NCBI RefSeq assembly: GCF_001194135.2
Contig: NC_068986.1
Location: 81,968,410 to 82,016,597 of the forward strand
Reading direction: 5' to 3'
DNA: 48,188 nucleotides
Source: Octopus bimaculoides
Taxonomy: Eukaryota
The notes under the pieces are model-generated. The model searched no databases, was not told where the DNA came from, and saw nothing but the letters and a program-made list of their open reading frames with translations. Positions within the stretch are counted from its first letter, which is position 1. Every line of letters begins with the position of its first letter. A program made the position numbers and the translations under genes. This document shows positions 37,301-48,188 of this stretch, piece by piece.

Positions 37301-39588
37301 CGGATCAAGTGCTCGATCCTTGCTTTCAACCAGTTCTTTAGACGTAGATTTTGCACCTTCAGGGTTGATACATAATTCTCTTCGTCATTTAAAACAGCAG
37401 CCAAAACATGATTATTTCTAGTGGTACATCAATCACTCTTACCTTCAACACTTGCCAGATCATGCATGGGGGAATGAGGATGAACTCCTTGCTCTTGACG
37501 GGACCTAAGGCATTTTTTGTTTTACGTTACTATCAAAGTAGAACCGTGTGCCTTTCGTTCCTTAACATCTGTCGCGAATGACGAAGGTTTTCTTACACTA
37601 CACCACATCGAGACACTTTTGCAGACGGGAGTGTATTTCACTGCATCGATATTTTATGTATGAGAACTGTGTATTTTTGACATCTTGGCCACTTCTAGAT
37701 GTATGATTAAGGTGACCTTTCTACCCTCTCGTATGGTTTCTCTCACTTATTTTGCCTGTAAAAGCAATCCTTTGTGCTTTTTGCTGCATTTGCAGAAGAA
37801 GCAGTTATGGTAGCCATCTTGCTATAGTTTTCTTCCTGTTGCTCCTGCTTTAAGCGATGTTGCCGACTACTGCAGTGGAATGAATGGTGGTCGTGTTGGT
37901 GGGAACGGCCTTGCTTTGTGCTTTGATGTTCGGCCAACTCTGGTGTTGGTGTTGTTATCGTTGGTTGAGAGCTTTACTATTGTCACCGCTCTTATTTCTG
38001 TTTTATTTTCAGAAGTATGAAGCTACATTGTATCAGCTACATTGTTCCACCCAAGCTCCAAAAAAATATAGTTAGATACACAATAAAGTAGCAATGCTGA
38101 TCTACAAACGTCTAGCCACCAAATTGCAACTGCTGCGAGAAAAAGCTCTGATACTTTCATCTATTTTAGGAATCGACATTATGAAGATACTATAGAAATA
38201 TAATATAGACAGACGACTTGCTAGCACATAATATACCCTAACATAAATTTTCCATGACAAAAATGACTATAGTGTATAAATTATGGACATAGCAATACCA
38301 AATATTGAACCGCTAAAAATCACATTGATCTCGTTGGTATATAAATAAAAAAACTCGCACACACACACACAAAGGCTGTTAAGAAATCTGTCTTTTATTC
38401 CATATATATTTGTCACGATAGGAGCGATGTACAGCCATTTGTATAAAGTCATTAACGTATTATATATAACGATAGATATATCGTTCCAGAAAATAGTAAC
38501 ACTAGGGTCTGTAAACATTGTTATGGTATTTCCACACAGTACTCTTTTATGTTATATTGATGCAGTAAAAACATGTTGAAAATATGTTGAAATGCTGCGA
38601 TAGATTGTATTGTAAGTTAAGAGTAAGAGTCAGTACATTCGACGTAAACGGAACATTTTTCTACCGACTTGTATGCAGCTACGTAATAGCAGCAGGTAAA
38701 TACAAAAGACTTTTTGTCTACATCTCGTGACATCACGACATCTTTTCCTTTCATAACTTCCAATATGTCGTATTAGCAGAGATTCAATGCTTGATTTTTC
38801 TTTCACTTAGCGCCATTGCTTTTCTTATAATTTCTTTACATTTAACAAAAACAAATAAACAAAATAAAATATAAATAAAACATTTAAATACTATATAATA
38901 AAAAAAAAAAGCAGAAAATAAGAGAGTATAGTAGCTTGTGTTGTACTTATTTGATTTAGATTTTAGTTTAGAAAAGCCATTTTGCACAAATGATGATTCC
39001 CATAACCTAGATACTGTTCAAATATGGCGTCTCCAGTCGTTCATTTAATAAACGATACACATCCTAATGGTGTTACATAAACACTCCTCTTGGCATAATA
39101 AAGATTTTATATATCTACATTTTTGTTCACTTCTTTAGCAAAAGCTGGCACATATCGACGCAGGAACTCTTCTGTGTTATGAGATATATTCCATTTATTA
39201 TTCCTTTCTCTCTCTCCACCCCCTCTCTCTTTCTCTGTTATTTTCCGTCTACACACCGGTTCTATCATCTGATCTCCCTCTCTTTTTTACCATTTTCTCC
39301 GTATCTCCATCTACGTTCTTTCTCTCTCCCTCTCTCTCTTTCTCTCACTCTCTTTCCCGTTCTCCCCACCTCTTTCATCACACACCCGTGATTATGTGAA
39401 TGTATATTTGTGTGGTGTGTTAGTATATATGTGCTAAGGAGAGCTTATATGTTATGGAGTGTTTATATGATCACACATACACGGTATGTGTTTGCTGTGC
39501 TGTGATGTTTCTATTATAGCGAATACTTTGTGAACGCGCGTGCAAACGCACACATAGATATATGAGTGCAAATATAGAATTATATACT

Positions 39589-39633
<45 letters not shown>

Positions 39634-40142
39634 GTATATATAAAGATATTTTCATATACTCAAACACATACCACACGCCAAGTTATAAGCATGCGGTGAT
39701 ATATGCCGATTTTATTTACATAAATGCATATTAAAGTGCGTATGTATATTATGATTATAGATATGTTCATCTTTGTGTATGTGTATACCTCACTATGTGT
39801 GTGTATGTTCCTGTAGACGGAATGTATATGTGTGTACATAGTCATACTGGGTGATGTACGCTGGTTCACATCTGAGTACAAACAACAACAATAACCATCA
39901 TCATCGCCATCATAGTAGTAGTAGTGGTGGTGATGAAAGAAAAAAATGTCTGAAACAGACTAAAGATTAAGACGGAATAAATGAGGGTGTGGTACGGTGT
40001 TTTCGTGAAAATTGATATTGATTAAAATGTGTTGGAACAGATGGGATTACGAGTGTGAAAGTCTTCGAAGAGGCTTTTAACTGAAAATGCTAAAATATGA
40101 AGATAAATATAAAATATTACTCAGTCTGTTAACACAAAAAAG

Positions 40143-40177
<35 letters not shown>

Positions 40178-41740
40178 TGGTGTGTGTGTGTGTGTGTGTG
40201 TATGTGTGTGGTGTGTGGTGTGTGTGTGTAGATATTTTGAAAGAATTGATTCTAACCAAGTTTCTCCGGCATAGATTTAAACGGAAGCAAAACTAGCGTT
40301 CTTAAAGCTATGCCATTACATCTATGAATGGCTCAATGCAGTGTTGTAATACCGTATTTTATTTCTAAGTTAACAGCATTGAGTCTGAAAGGTTATATAA
40401 ACACGGCGCACCCACCCGGTGAGATAATATTGGTTTTAAAGTTTGGCACAAGGGAAGGGGCTAATTNNNNNNNNNNNNNNNNNNNNNNNNNNNNNNNNNN
40501 NNNNNNNNNNNNNNNNNNNNNNNNNNNNNNNNNNNNNNNNNNNNNNNNNNNNNNNNNNNNNNNNNNNNNNNNNNNNNNNNNNNNNNNNNNNNNNNNNNNN
40601 NNNNNNNNNNNNNNNNNNNNNNNNNNNNNNNNNNNNNNNNNNNNNNNNNNNNNNNNNNNNNNNNNNNNNNNNNNNNNNNNNNNNNNNNNNNNNNNNNNNN
40701 NNNNNNNNNNNNNNNNNNNNNNNNNNNNNNNNNNNNNNNNNNNNNNNNNNNNNNNNNNNNNNNNNNNNNNNNNNNNNNNNNNNNNNNNNNNNNNNNNNNN
40801 NNNNNNNNNNNNNNNNNNNNNNNNNNNNNNNNNNNNNNNNNNNNNNNNNNNNNNNNNNNNNNNNNNNNNNNNNNNNNNNNNNNNNNNNNNNNNNNNNNNN
40901 NNNNNNNNNNNNNNNNNNNNNNNNNNNNNNNNNNNNNNNNNNNNNNNNNNNNNNNNNNNNNNNNNNNNNNNNNNNNNNNNNNNNNAATACTAGGTATCAT
41001 AGTTCAAATATCACCGGGGTCATCCAAATCTTTTAGTTTTGTACTAACCTTGAAATTTGTTCCGATTAAAATCTGCTGACTTTTCATCCAGCTTTAAAGC
41101 ACCATTACGTCAAAAACAACAACAAAAAAGTCATTTTTCTTCAAAGAAAGATGACAAAAAATGCCTTACCAACTGAACTCTCAAGATAAGGAAAGAACAA
41201 ACAAAACAAAATATAAAATATAAACTCTGAAGCGGTTCTCTCCCCTTAAGGAGCATATATTCAACCTCTATTATATCTCCCTCTCTTCCTCCGCAAGCAG
41301 CTATAAGCAGCAGCAGCTGTAGTTCCCAGTCAAGTAACCTTTTATTCAGTATAGTTGGACAAATAGTCATGTGTTTACTTTAGGACAGGCCCCACCGCCC
41401 TATTATAGATAAAGACCTCGCTAACCATAAACGATTCAACAAGGGAGCATGTACGTGGTTACTGAATCTGCTAGAAATAACAGCAAAGCCTTCTTCAAAT
41501 CACATTTTATCATTTTAAACAAAGATAATGGATTAGATAATGCGAGTATTAGATACAATATATCTGAAAAGCAAAAGACAGGATGGTAACGGCTGAAGAA
41601 CTTTTGATAATAAATTTTGTTGCCTAGTCAAAAGCAGCTGAACTCCAGACAGCTCACTGATGGTTTAAATACAGAAAATCGCAACATTGAATGGTGTTTC
41701 AGGGATTGCTTTCCTGTTGGTAATATTGCCCCGTGTCAAA

Positions 41741-41953
41741 GGCGGCATGCGTTCAGAATCTTTAGCACGTCGGGCAAAATGCTTAGCGACATCTCGTCCG
41801 TCTTTACGTTCTTAGTTCAAATTCCGCCGAGGTTGACTTTGCCTTTAATTCCTTTCGGGGTCGATAAAATAAGTTCCAGTTGAGTACTGGAGTCAATGTA
41901 ATCGACTTATCTCTCCTCCGAAATTGCTGGCCTTGTGCCAAAATTAGAAACCA
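41741..41953 (+). mobile_element. SINE family A, tail type 2
   Basis: Collinear with 19069-19281. Confidence 0.88.
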
Positions 41954-42372
41954 ATATTGCTCCGTGTCTATTACCAAACATACTTTTACTGACAACAGCT
42001 CATGTTGTGGTTAAAAGACTTTAAAAACCAGAATAATTGGTACTAACAACTATAATATTGCTTTATGGATTTTTAACATGAATACAAGGCGTCATTGATT
42101 GAGATAAATTTATTTTATCGATCTCAGATGATGTTAGTCTCGGTGAGAATACGTAAAGGACGCAATCAAATATTGAAACCAATATATTTCCTGTTACTTA
42201 GTTATATTTCTTTACTAACTGAATCAAGAGGAAAGGGAAGAGCTCATAACCCCTGCATGCTATTTAGACTGATCGGATTAATGATGTTAGTCATCCGTTT
42301 AAACTCTTGAAGGTCAAAACTCACGGGAAAGACATGAACAGGAGGAGAATTCTAGTCGTGATGTAGGAAAGA

Positions 42373-42733
42373 GCAGCGGACTCGCGGTCATAGGATCGCG
42401 GTTTCGATTCCCAGACCGGGCGTTGTGAGTGTTTATTGAGCGAAAACACCTAAAGCTCCACGAGGCTTCGACAGAGGGTGGTGGCGAACCCTGCTGTACT
42501 CTTCCACCACAACTTTCTCTCACTCTTACTTCCTGTTTCTGTTGTGCCTGTAATTCAAAGGGTCAGCCTTGTCACACTGTGTCACGCTGAATATCCCCGA
42601 GAACTACGTTAAGGGTACACGTGTCTGTGGAGTGCTCAGCCACTTGCACGTTAATTTCATGAGCAGGCTGTTCCGTTGATAGGATCAACTGGAACCCTCG
42701 ACGTCGTAAGCGACGGAGTGCCAACAGCAACAA
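42373..42733 (+). mobile_element. SINE family B, slightly 5'-truncated, with a 12-bp TSD
   Basis: TSD atgtaggaaaga at 42361-42372 and 42734-42745. Collinear with 13196-13579. Confidence 0.92.
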
Positions 42734-43095
42734 ATGTAGGAAAGAAGTATTGGGCGGCCTTAATTATTGCTTAATACGAGGGTTGAACGCAAAAATAAAA
42801 ATGACGTGAGGTGGAGAGACATGTGGGATGGGGGTACCTGATTTGCAGATGTACAATACCAGCCACATCTGAGGAGCAGAAGCCATTAGATTAGCCATAG
42901 AAAAGACAGAAAACAGACAGCAAGTACAGAATACGTATATCAACAAATATGACAACTGAGTGATGCTCCCCATACTATCTATTCTACCACAATATTGGTG
43001 AGAGGAATTTGGGTAGAATGTGGAATCTTCTGCCAATATTCTATCAATATTCTGACATGACCAGCTAGTTTTAGTTTTAATATTGGATAACGAGA

Positions 43096-43757
43096 AGGAC
43101 AGCGAGCTGGCAGAACTAGTAGCACGCCAAAGCGGCATTCTGGCAGAAACATTAGCATGCCGGGCGAAATGCTTAGCAGTATTTCGTCTGCCGTTACGTT
43201 CTGAATTCGAATTCCGCCGAGGTCGACTTTGCCTTTCATCCTTTAAGGGTCGATAAATTAAGTACCAGTTACGCACTGGGGTCGATGTAATCGACTTAAT
43301 CCCCTTGTTTGTCCCCTCTATGTTTGGCCCCTTGTGGGCAATAGAGAAATAAGAAACGTTAGCATGCGGGGCGAAATGCTTAGCGGCGTTCCGTTCGTCT
43401 TTATGTTCTGAGTTCAAATTCTGCTGAGGTCGACTTCGTCTTTTATCCTATGTGTGTCGATAAAATAAGTACCAATTGAACACTGGAGGTCGATGTAATT
43501 GAATTATCCCCTCCTTCAAAATTGCTTGCCTTGTGCCAAATATTGGGTTACGAGAAGAGTAGTGAGCTGGCGGAATTGTTAGCACGTCGGGCAAAATGCT
43601 TTACTGCGTTTCGTCTGGCTTTACGTTCTGAGTTCAAATTCTGCCGAGGTCGACTTTGCCTTTCATAAAATAAGTACCAGTTGAGCATTGGGGGTCGATG
43701 TAATTGACTTAACCCCTCCCCAGAAATTGCTGACCATGTGCTAAAATTTGAAATCCA
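43096..43757 (+). mobile_element. Cluster of three SINE family A copies (one nested pair plus one tandem copy)
   Basis: Head fragment 43096-43128, tail-1 copy 43129-43356, host remainder 43357-43540 and a third copy 43556-43757. The 15-bp motif tattggataacgaga occurs at 43081, 43541 (2 mismatches) and 43758. Confidence 0.9.
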
Positions 43758-43769
43758 TATTGGATAACG

Positions 43770-44690
43770 AGATATTGTTGTAGTGGTGGTATCAGTGTGG
43801 TAACGGTTGTAGTAGTAGTGACATGGTTGTGGTTGTTTGAGTGGTGCAGATGGTGGCCATGATGGTGATAGAGTTGATAGTGTTAGTGGTGGTAGTGGTA
43901 GTGGTAATGGTGATAGTGTTGATGGTCGCACTGGTTGTGTTGGTTGTAGATAATAGAAGTGAGAGTGATGGTAGTAGTGGTTGATATATTGATACTGATA
44001 GTAACGGTAATGGTGGTAGTAGTAGAAATAGTGATGGAGATAGTAGTGGTGGCGGTACTAGTTGTACTGATTGTGGAAGTAGTTGTAGTAGTGATGGTGG
44101 TGGATGATGGTGGATGGTGGTGGAAGATAGTGGATGGTGGTGTATGGTGGTGGTAGTGGTGATGGTGGTGGATAATCGTGGCAGATGGTCGTTGTAGTGG
44201 TGGTAGTCGGTGGTAGTGAAAGTAGCTGTGGTGGTAGTGGTGTTTGTGACAGTAGTGTTGGTTACAGTGTTAGTAGGTTGTTAGTTGTGGTAGTGATAGT
44301 GATGGTGGCGGTAGTAGTGGTGGATATGACGATTGTAGTAGAGATGGTAGTGATAGTGGTGGTATTGTGGTGACTGTGATAGTGTGGTGGATGACGACAG
44401 TGATTCTAACGTTGGTCCTGGTGTTGTGGTAGTAACTGATGGACGATAGCGGTGGTTGTGTGGTGGTGATGTGGTAAGAAGTTTGATGATAGCGGTAGCA
44501 GTGCGTTGTAGTGATGGTGGTAGTGGTGTTGTGTTGGTGGTAGTAGTTGTATACGTCGTGTTGCGGAGATAGTAGTGGTGGTGGTGGTGGTGGCGGCTGC
44601 GGCGGCAGCGGTGGTGGTGGTAGTGGTGGTGGTGGTGGTGGTGGTTGCGGTGCTGGTATGATAATGATGATGGTGGTAGTTGTATTTGTG
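43770..44690. repeat. ~0.9-kb degenerate (GTG/GTA/GAT)n tract
   Basis: Seen directly in the sequence. Confidence 0.92.
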
Positions 44691-45795
44691 ATGTGATAGA
44701 AGAGGTGACGTGGTAGTGTAAGTCGCTTATATGACTAAATCGTTTAGTTCCAGACTGTGCATGTGTAAATGGGAAAATTATGCAAAAATCAACCTAATTG
44801 AATTGTAAACGCACCATTATTATCGTTGACAAGCAAATAAGAGACAAAAGTGCTTTTGTTTCATGTAGCGTTTCTGTGAAAAGTGACATCTCAACAGCGC
44901 ATGCGTAAAAAAGCTCAAGAATAAAAAAATTTAAGTGTTCAGCACCGAAAATTAGGATGGAATATAAAATCAGAATAAAAGAAATTTTGAAATAATTTCT
45001 CTGCAGCTATTTTAGGGTTTCTAATTTGGCAATTAGAAAGATAAAGCTGGTGTGTGGACATGGTAAATCCAGGAGAGTTTGTTGAACGTCAGTAACTTCG
45101 GTAATGGTAAAAGGTGACGTTACGATTCAAGGCATTTTGATGCAGTACGCTCAAATGTGGGTTGAGTCGTTAATGTTTTTTCAGTCCTCGTGATAACTGT
45201 AATTACTGATATTAAAAAAGTCTCTTTTATTATTGTTGCTAACGTAAACCTTCACCAATTTCCTAGGATTCCGTTGTCATACCTGCATGGAACTGGCTCA
45301 GTTAAGCCGATGGTAAAGAAGGGGAGTTAATCGCTATTGGTTTGCAAATGGCCTTAATTAACCCATTTGCCTGTCCTGTGTGTCACATGTAATATACAGG
45401 ATTTATTTGCCTGGCGTCCATGCATCATATATGATACACAATTCCAATTTCTTTTCCCACCACCGGAATAACTTAGGATTTATAAAGGGAAGCTTTATAT
45501 TATTCAGAACGTATGAAACGAGGGCTGAATAAAGTCTGAAAACAAGCGTGGACGAAAATATTTTGGAGAGGCAAATAGTAAACATGATGGTGGAGAATAA
45601 GTGATAGTAAATGAGAAGTTTATCTTTGGGTAATATCTACATGAAGTTAGTTACGTTTATTTCACACAAGCAGACGACTGCATCATTGGTGGCTTGGTAA
45701 TGAAAAGTGGGTGGTGAAACAAAGTGGTTGTACATGTAAAATGCGTTGACATGTGTGATAGCTGGACTTGTATGGTGTCTAGACAGGATAAACAG

Positions 45796-46118
45796 TAAAG
45801 ATCCCCTTCGGTTATGAATGACTATGGGATTACCCTCCGAGGCACAAGTCTGAGCAAGGTTGTTTATAGAAGACCAGCAGTCGCCCATGCATACCAGCCT
45901 CCCCTCCCCATGCCACCGATGTTGTCCAAAAGAAAGGCAAAGGGGCCGATACAGCTTGGAACCAGCGACGTCGCAACGCATTTCTACAGCTAAGTGCACT
46001 AAAACAACGTGAAATAAAGTGTCTTGCTCGAGAACACCACACAGTCCGGTCCGGGAATCGAACTCACTACCTCATGATTGTGAGCCCGATGCTCTAGCCA
46101 CTGAGCTATTTGCCTTCA
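45796..46118 (-). mobile_element. SINE family C, full length
   Basis: tRNA-like head (minus strand: tagctcagtggctagagc...gagttcgattcccgg), CORE-like centre, and collinearity with 28612-28868. Confidence 0.88.
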
Positions 46119-46289
46119 AGTGCATCACTTCATGGGATGAATGAAGAAAGAATGAAGTATGATGAAGTGTATAAATGACATAGAAAAAAGGTGGTCATTA
46201 GAAGTGTTATATTTTTTAATTCTAAAATGTTTCAATCGTTTCTCTGTTAACTTGTTCACGCAACCACCTTGTGCAGAAGATGACGTGGC

Positions 46290-46540
46290 GTTACAATATA
46301 TTACGTTACGTTACAGTATGTTACGATATGGTACAGCATCTTATGGCGTGTTATGTCTTGAGATAGATTAGGTACGTTACACAAAGTTGCAGTATGCTAT
46401 ACCTTGTTATATCACTTTACGGCAGATTGCAGGATATTGCGCTATATAACGTGGTATGATATGCTACGTGCTAAGTAGCGTGCTATGATATGCTACGGCT
46501 TGTTACAATATATGATATATCATAGCACGTTACATGTCAC
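46290..46540. repeat. Degenerate 5-bp-period repeat (GTTAC/GATAT/GCTAC-type)
   Basis: Seen directly in the sequence. A similar tract lies at 8085-8190. Confidence 0.7.
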
Positions 46541-48188
46541 AATATATTAACAGTTGAAGATAATTTGTGAAACATAAACCGTTAATGATCTTATTGGAGC
46601 GTGCGAGAGATTTCTTTAGACATGGTGTATCATGTGCAGTTTATATACTGTGTATATATAATGGGTGCCATACCATCGACATAGTGTAGAAAGTGTAACT
46701 TACCACAGGTGTGATGTATAAAGGGTACCTTCCCATAGACTTGGTGTGTGTTTATAGTTAAGTAAATTAAGTTAGGGAGAACTAAATGATAGTTTGTCTA
46801 TAGATACAGCTGCGCTTTGCATTTGCTGGGGTACGAAACTTCGACTGTTTACAGTCCAACACGTTATCGACTCAGACAAATGTGATTCTCAAAGAATATG
46901 ATTTATTAATTCCAAACCCCAGATTTCTTATTTTTTTTTATAGTTAGTCATATTTCAGATGAGCATTTTACTTCCTTTTGTTATTTCAACATTCCAGATT
47001 CATAAATACGAAACTCACCCGACCCCGACACCACTTCTTACCCTACCTCTCCACTAAAATATCACCACATCACTTACATTTTCCCCATGCTACTGCACTG
47101 TACAATACATTACAATTCACTGTATGGATACATCACCACTCCGTCATACTACCATTCCTCCACAACTATAATCACTGCCGCAATCACCACAAATCCTATC
47201 ACAGTACCACTACACCACCAAATATTAGATGCACAGGCGATACTAATCCGGTTAAATCATCTTAAATTGCTTGTGAAATGCTCGAAGAATACGTTATCAT
47301 TTGGTTGACTTAATGTTTGCATTTCTTATGATCAGTGAAGCAGAAGAGGATGTTCAGTTGAATAGCATGGTTTGATTAGCTACAGACAAGCAGTGTGCAG
47401 TGACCATGATTAATTAACTGCGCAGATGTTTGGCGAATGTATTGTACAGATTATTTGTTCTACACCAACCAAATGGCAAACATCAGGTCAGTGTTCGGGT
47501 TTGTTTAATGAAACACCTCATTTAAATATCTCACAGCAAAGTCGACCATCAAACTCTCGTAGTGAATTATTGCTGTAAATGCAATACTTGGCGCTACTGC
47601 AGTTTTTGTCGCGTATAAACACTTGTAGTGGTGAAACAGACCTTCGATGTAATGAAACGCCTCAACTTGCTCGTTGTCATGGTAGCGAAATCAAACAATG
47701 CAATGCTAATATCTAACTTTCTTCCATCCCAACGGTTTCTAGCCACAGTTACTTCGCCCCGTCAATATCCATTTCCAGCTGATTAAGTAATTTTCTTCTC
47801 GGATCAGTGTTTCACATCTTAATTTAACAACAAATATTTACGGTTTTTATACATTACAGACATTACTAAAATGTCTGGAAGAAAAGTATTAACACCAACA
47901 ATTTAAACATTATTATTTCTCTTGAAATATTCCTGAGAAAATTAGCAAATCTCATAAAACTCTGCCAACCGATCGAATCTTGTCTAAATTGATCTCTTAT
48001 TCATTAGAAACATTGACAAAATACTACTTAGCATTTAGATACTTCAATTTGACATATAATGTGTGTATGTATATACGTGTACGTGTATGTATTAACATGT
48101 ATACACATGTATATACATCTACGTATGTGCGCGCGCACACACACACATGTAATGTATATGTATATGTAATTACACACACACACACACA

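Noticed and set aside
35250-38000. Possible decayed LINE ORF1 (or further kelch) fragments on the minus strand, e.g. TGTWRMEVTLDK and VMVTLRLATEEFAS
   Set aside because: The resemblance is too weak and ambiguous to assign without BLASTX.
44898-44907. gcgcatgcgt NRF1-like promoter motif
   Set aside because: A single short motif with no supporting promoter or gene-start context.

Overview
This is AT-rich, repeat-dense eukaryotic DNA from a draft assembly, with 11 N-gaps totalling about 3.8 kb: 661-1547, 2743-3427, 10756-11053, 11971-12513, 21810-21819, 28080-28231, 28869-29088, 30259-30533, 34053-34089, 34825-34960 and 40467-40985. The tRNA-derived SINE families and the very high microsatellite load point to an octopus genome. 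That is an inference from remembered repeat families, not a database search. Almost all ORFs in the supplied track are microsatellite or N artefacts, and I cannot support any intact protein-coding gene. Supported content: about 20 copies or fragments of four SINE families, one hAT-type MITE with a perfect 8-bp TSD, two fold-back elements, an L1/Tx1-like RT fragment, a C2H2 zinc-finger coding segment, and a ~2 kb 31-bp satellite carrying an inverted, TSD-flanked copy of its own boundary. More tentative: a hammerhead-ribozyme-like motif with the minimal Penelope-type helix III (5103-5213, minus), a decayed BTB-BACK-kelch gene on the + strand (31.6-33.1 kb), and a chain of phase-compatible, kelch-like, stop-containing candidate exons on the minus strand (31.3 kb down to 6.8 kb). 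All protein-family assignments are by-eye motif resemblance and need HMM/BLAST confirmation.
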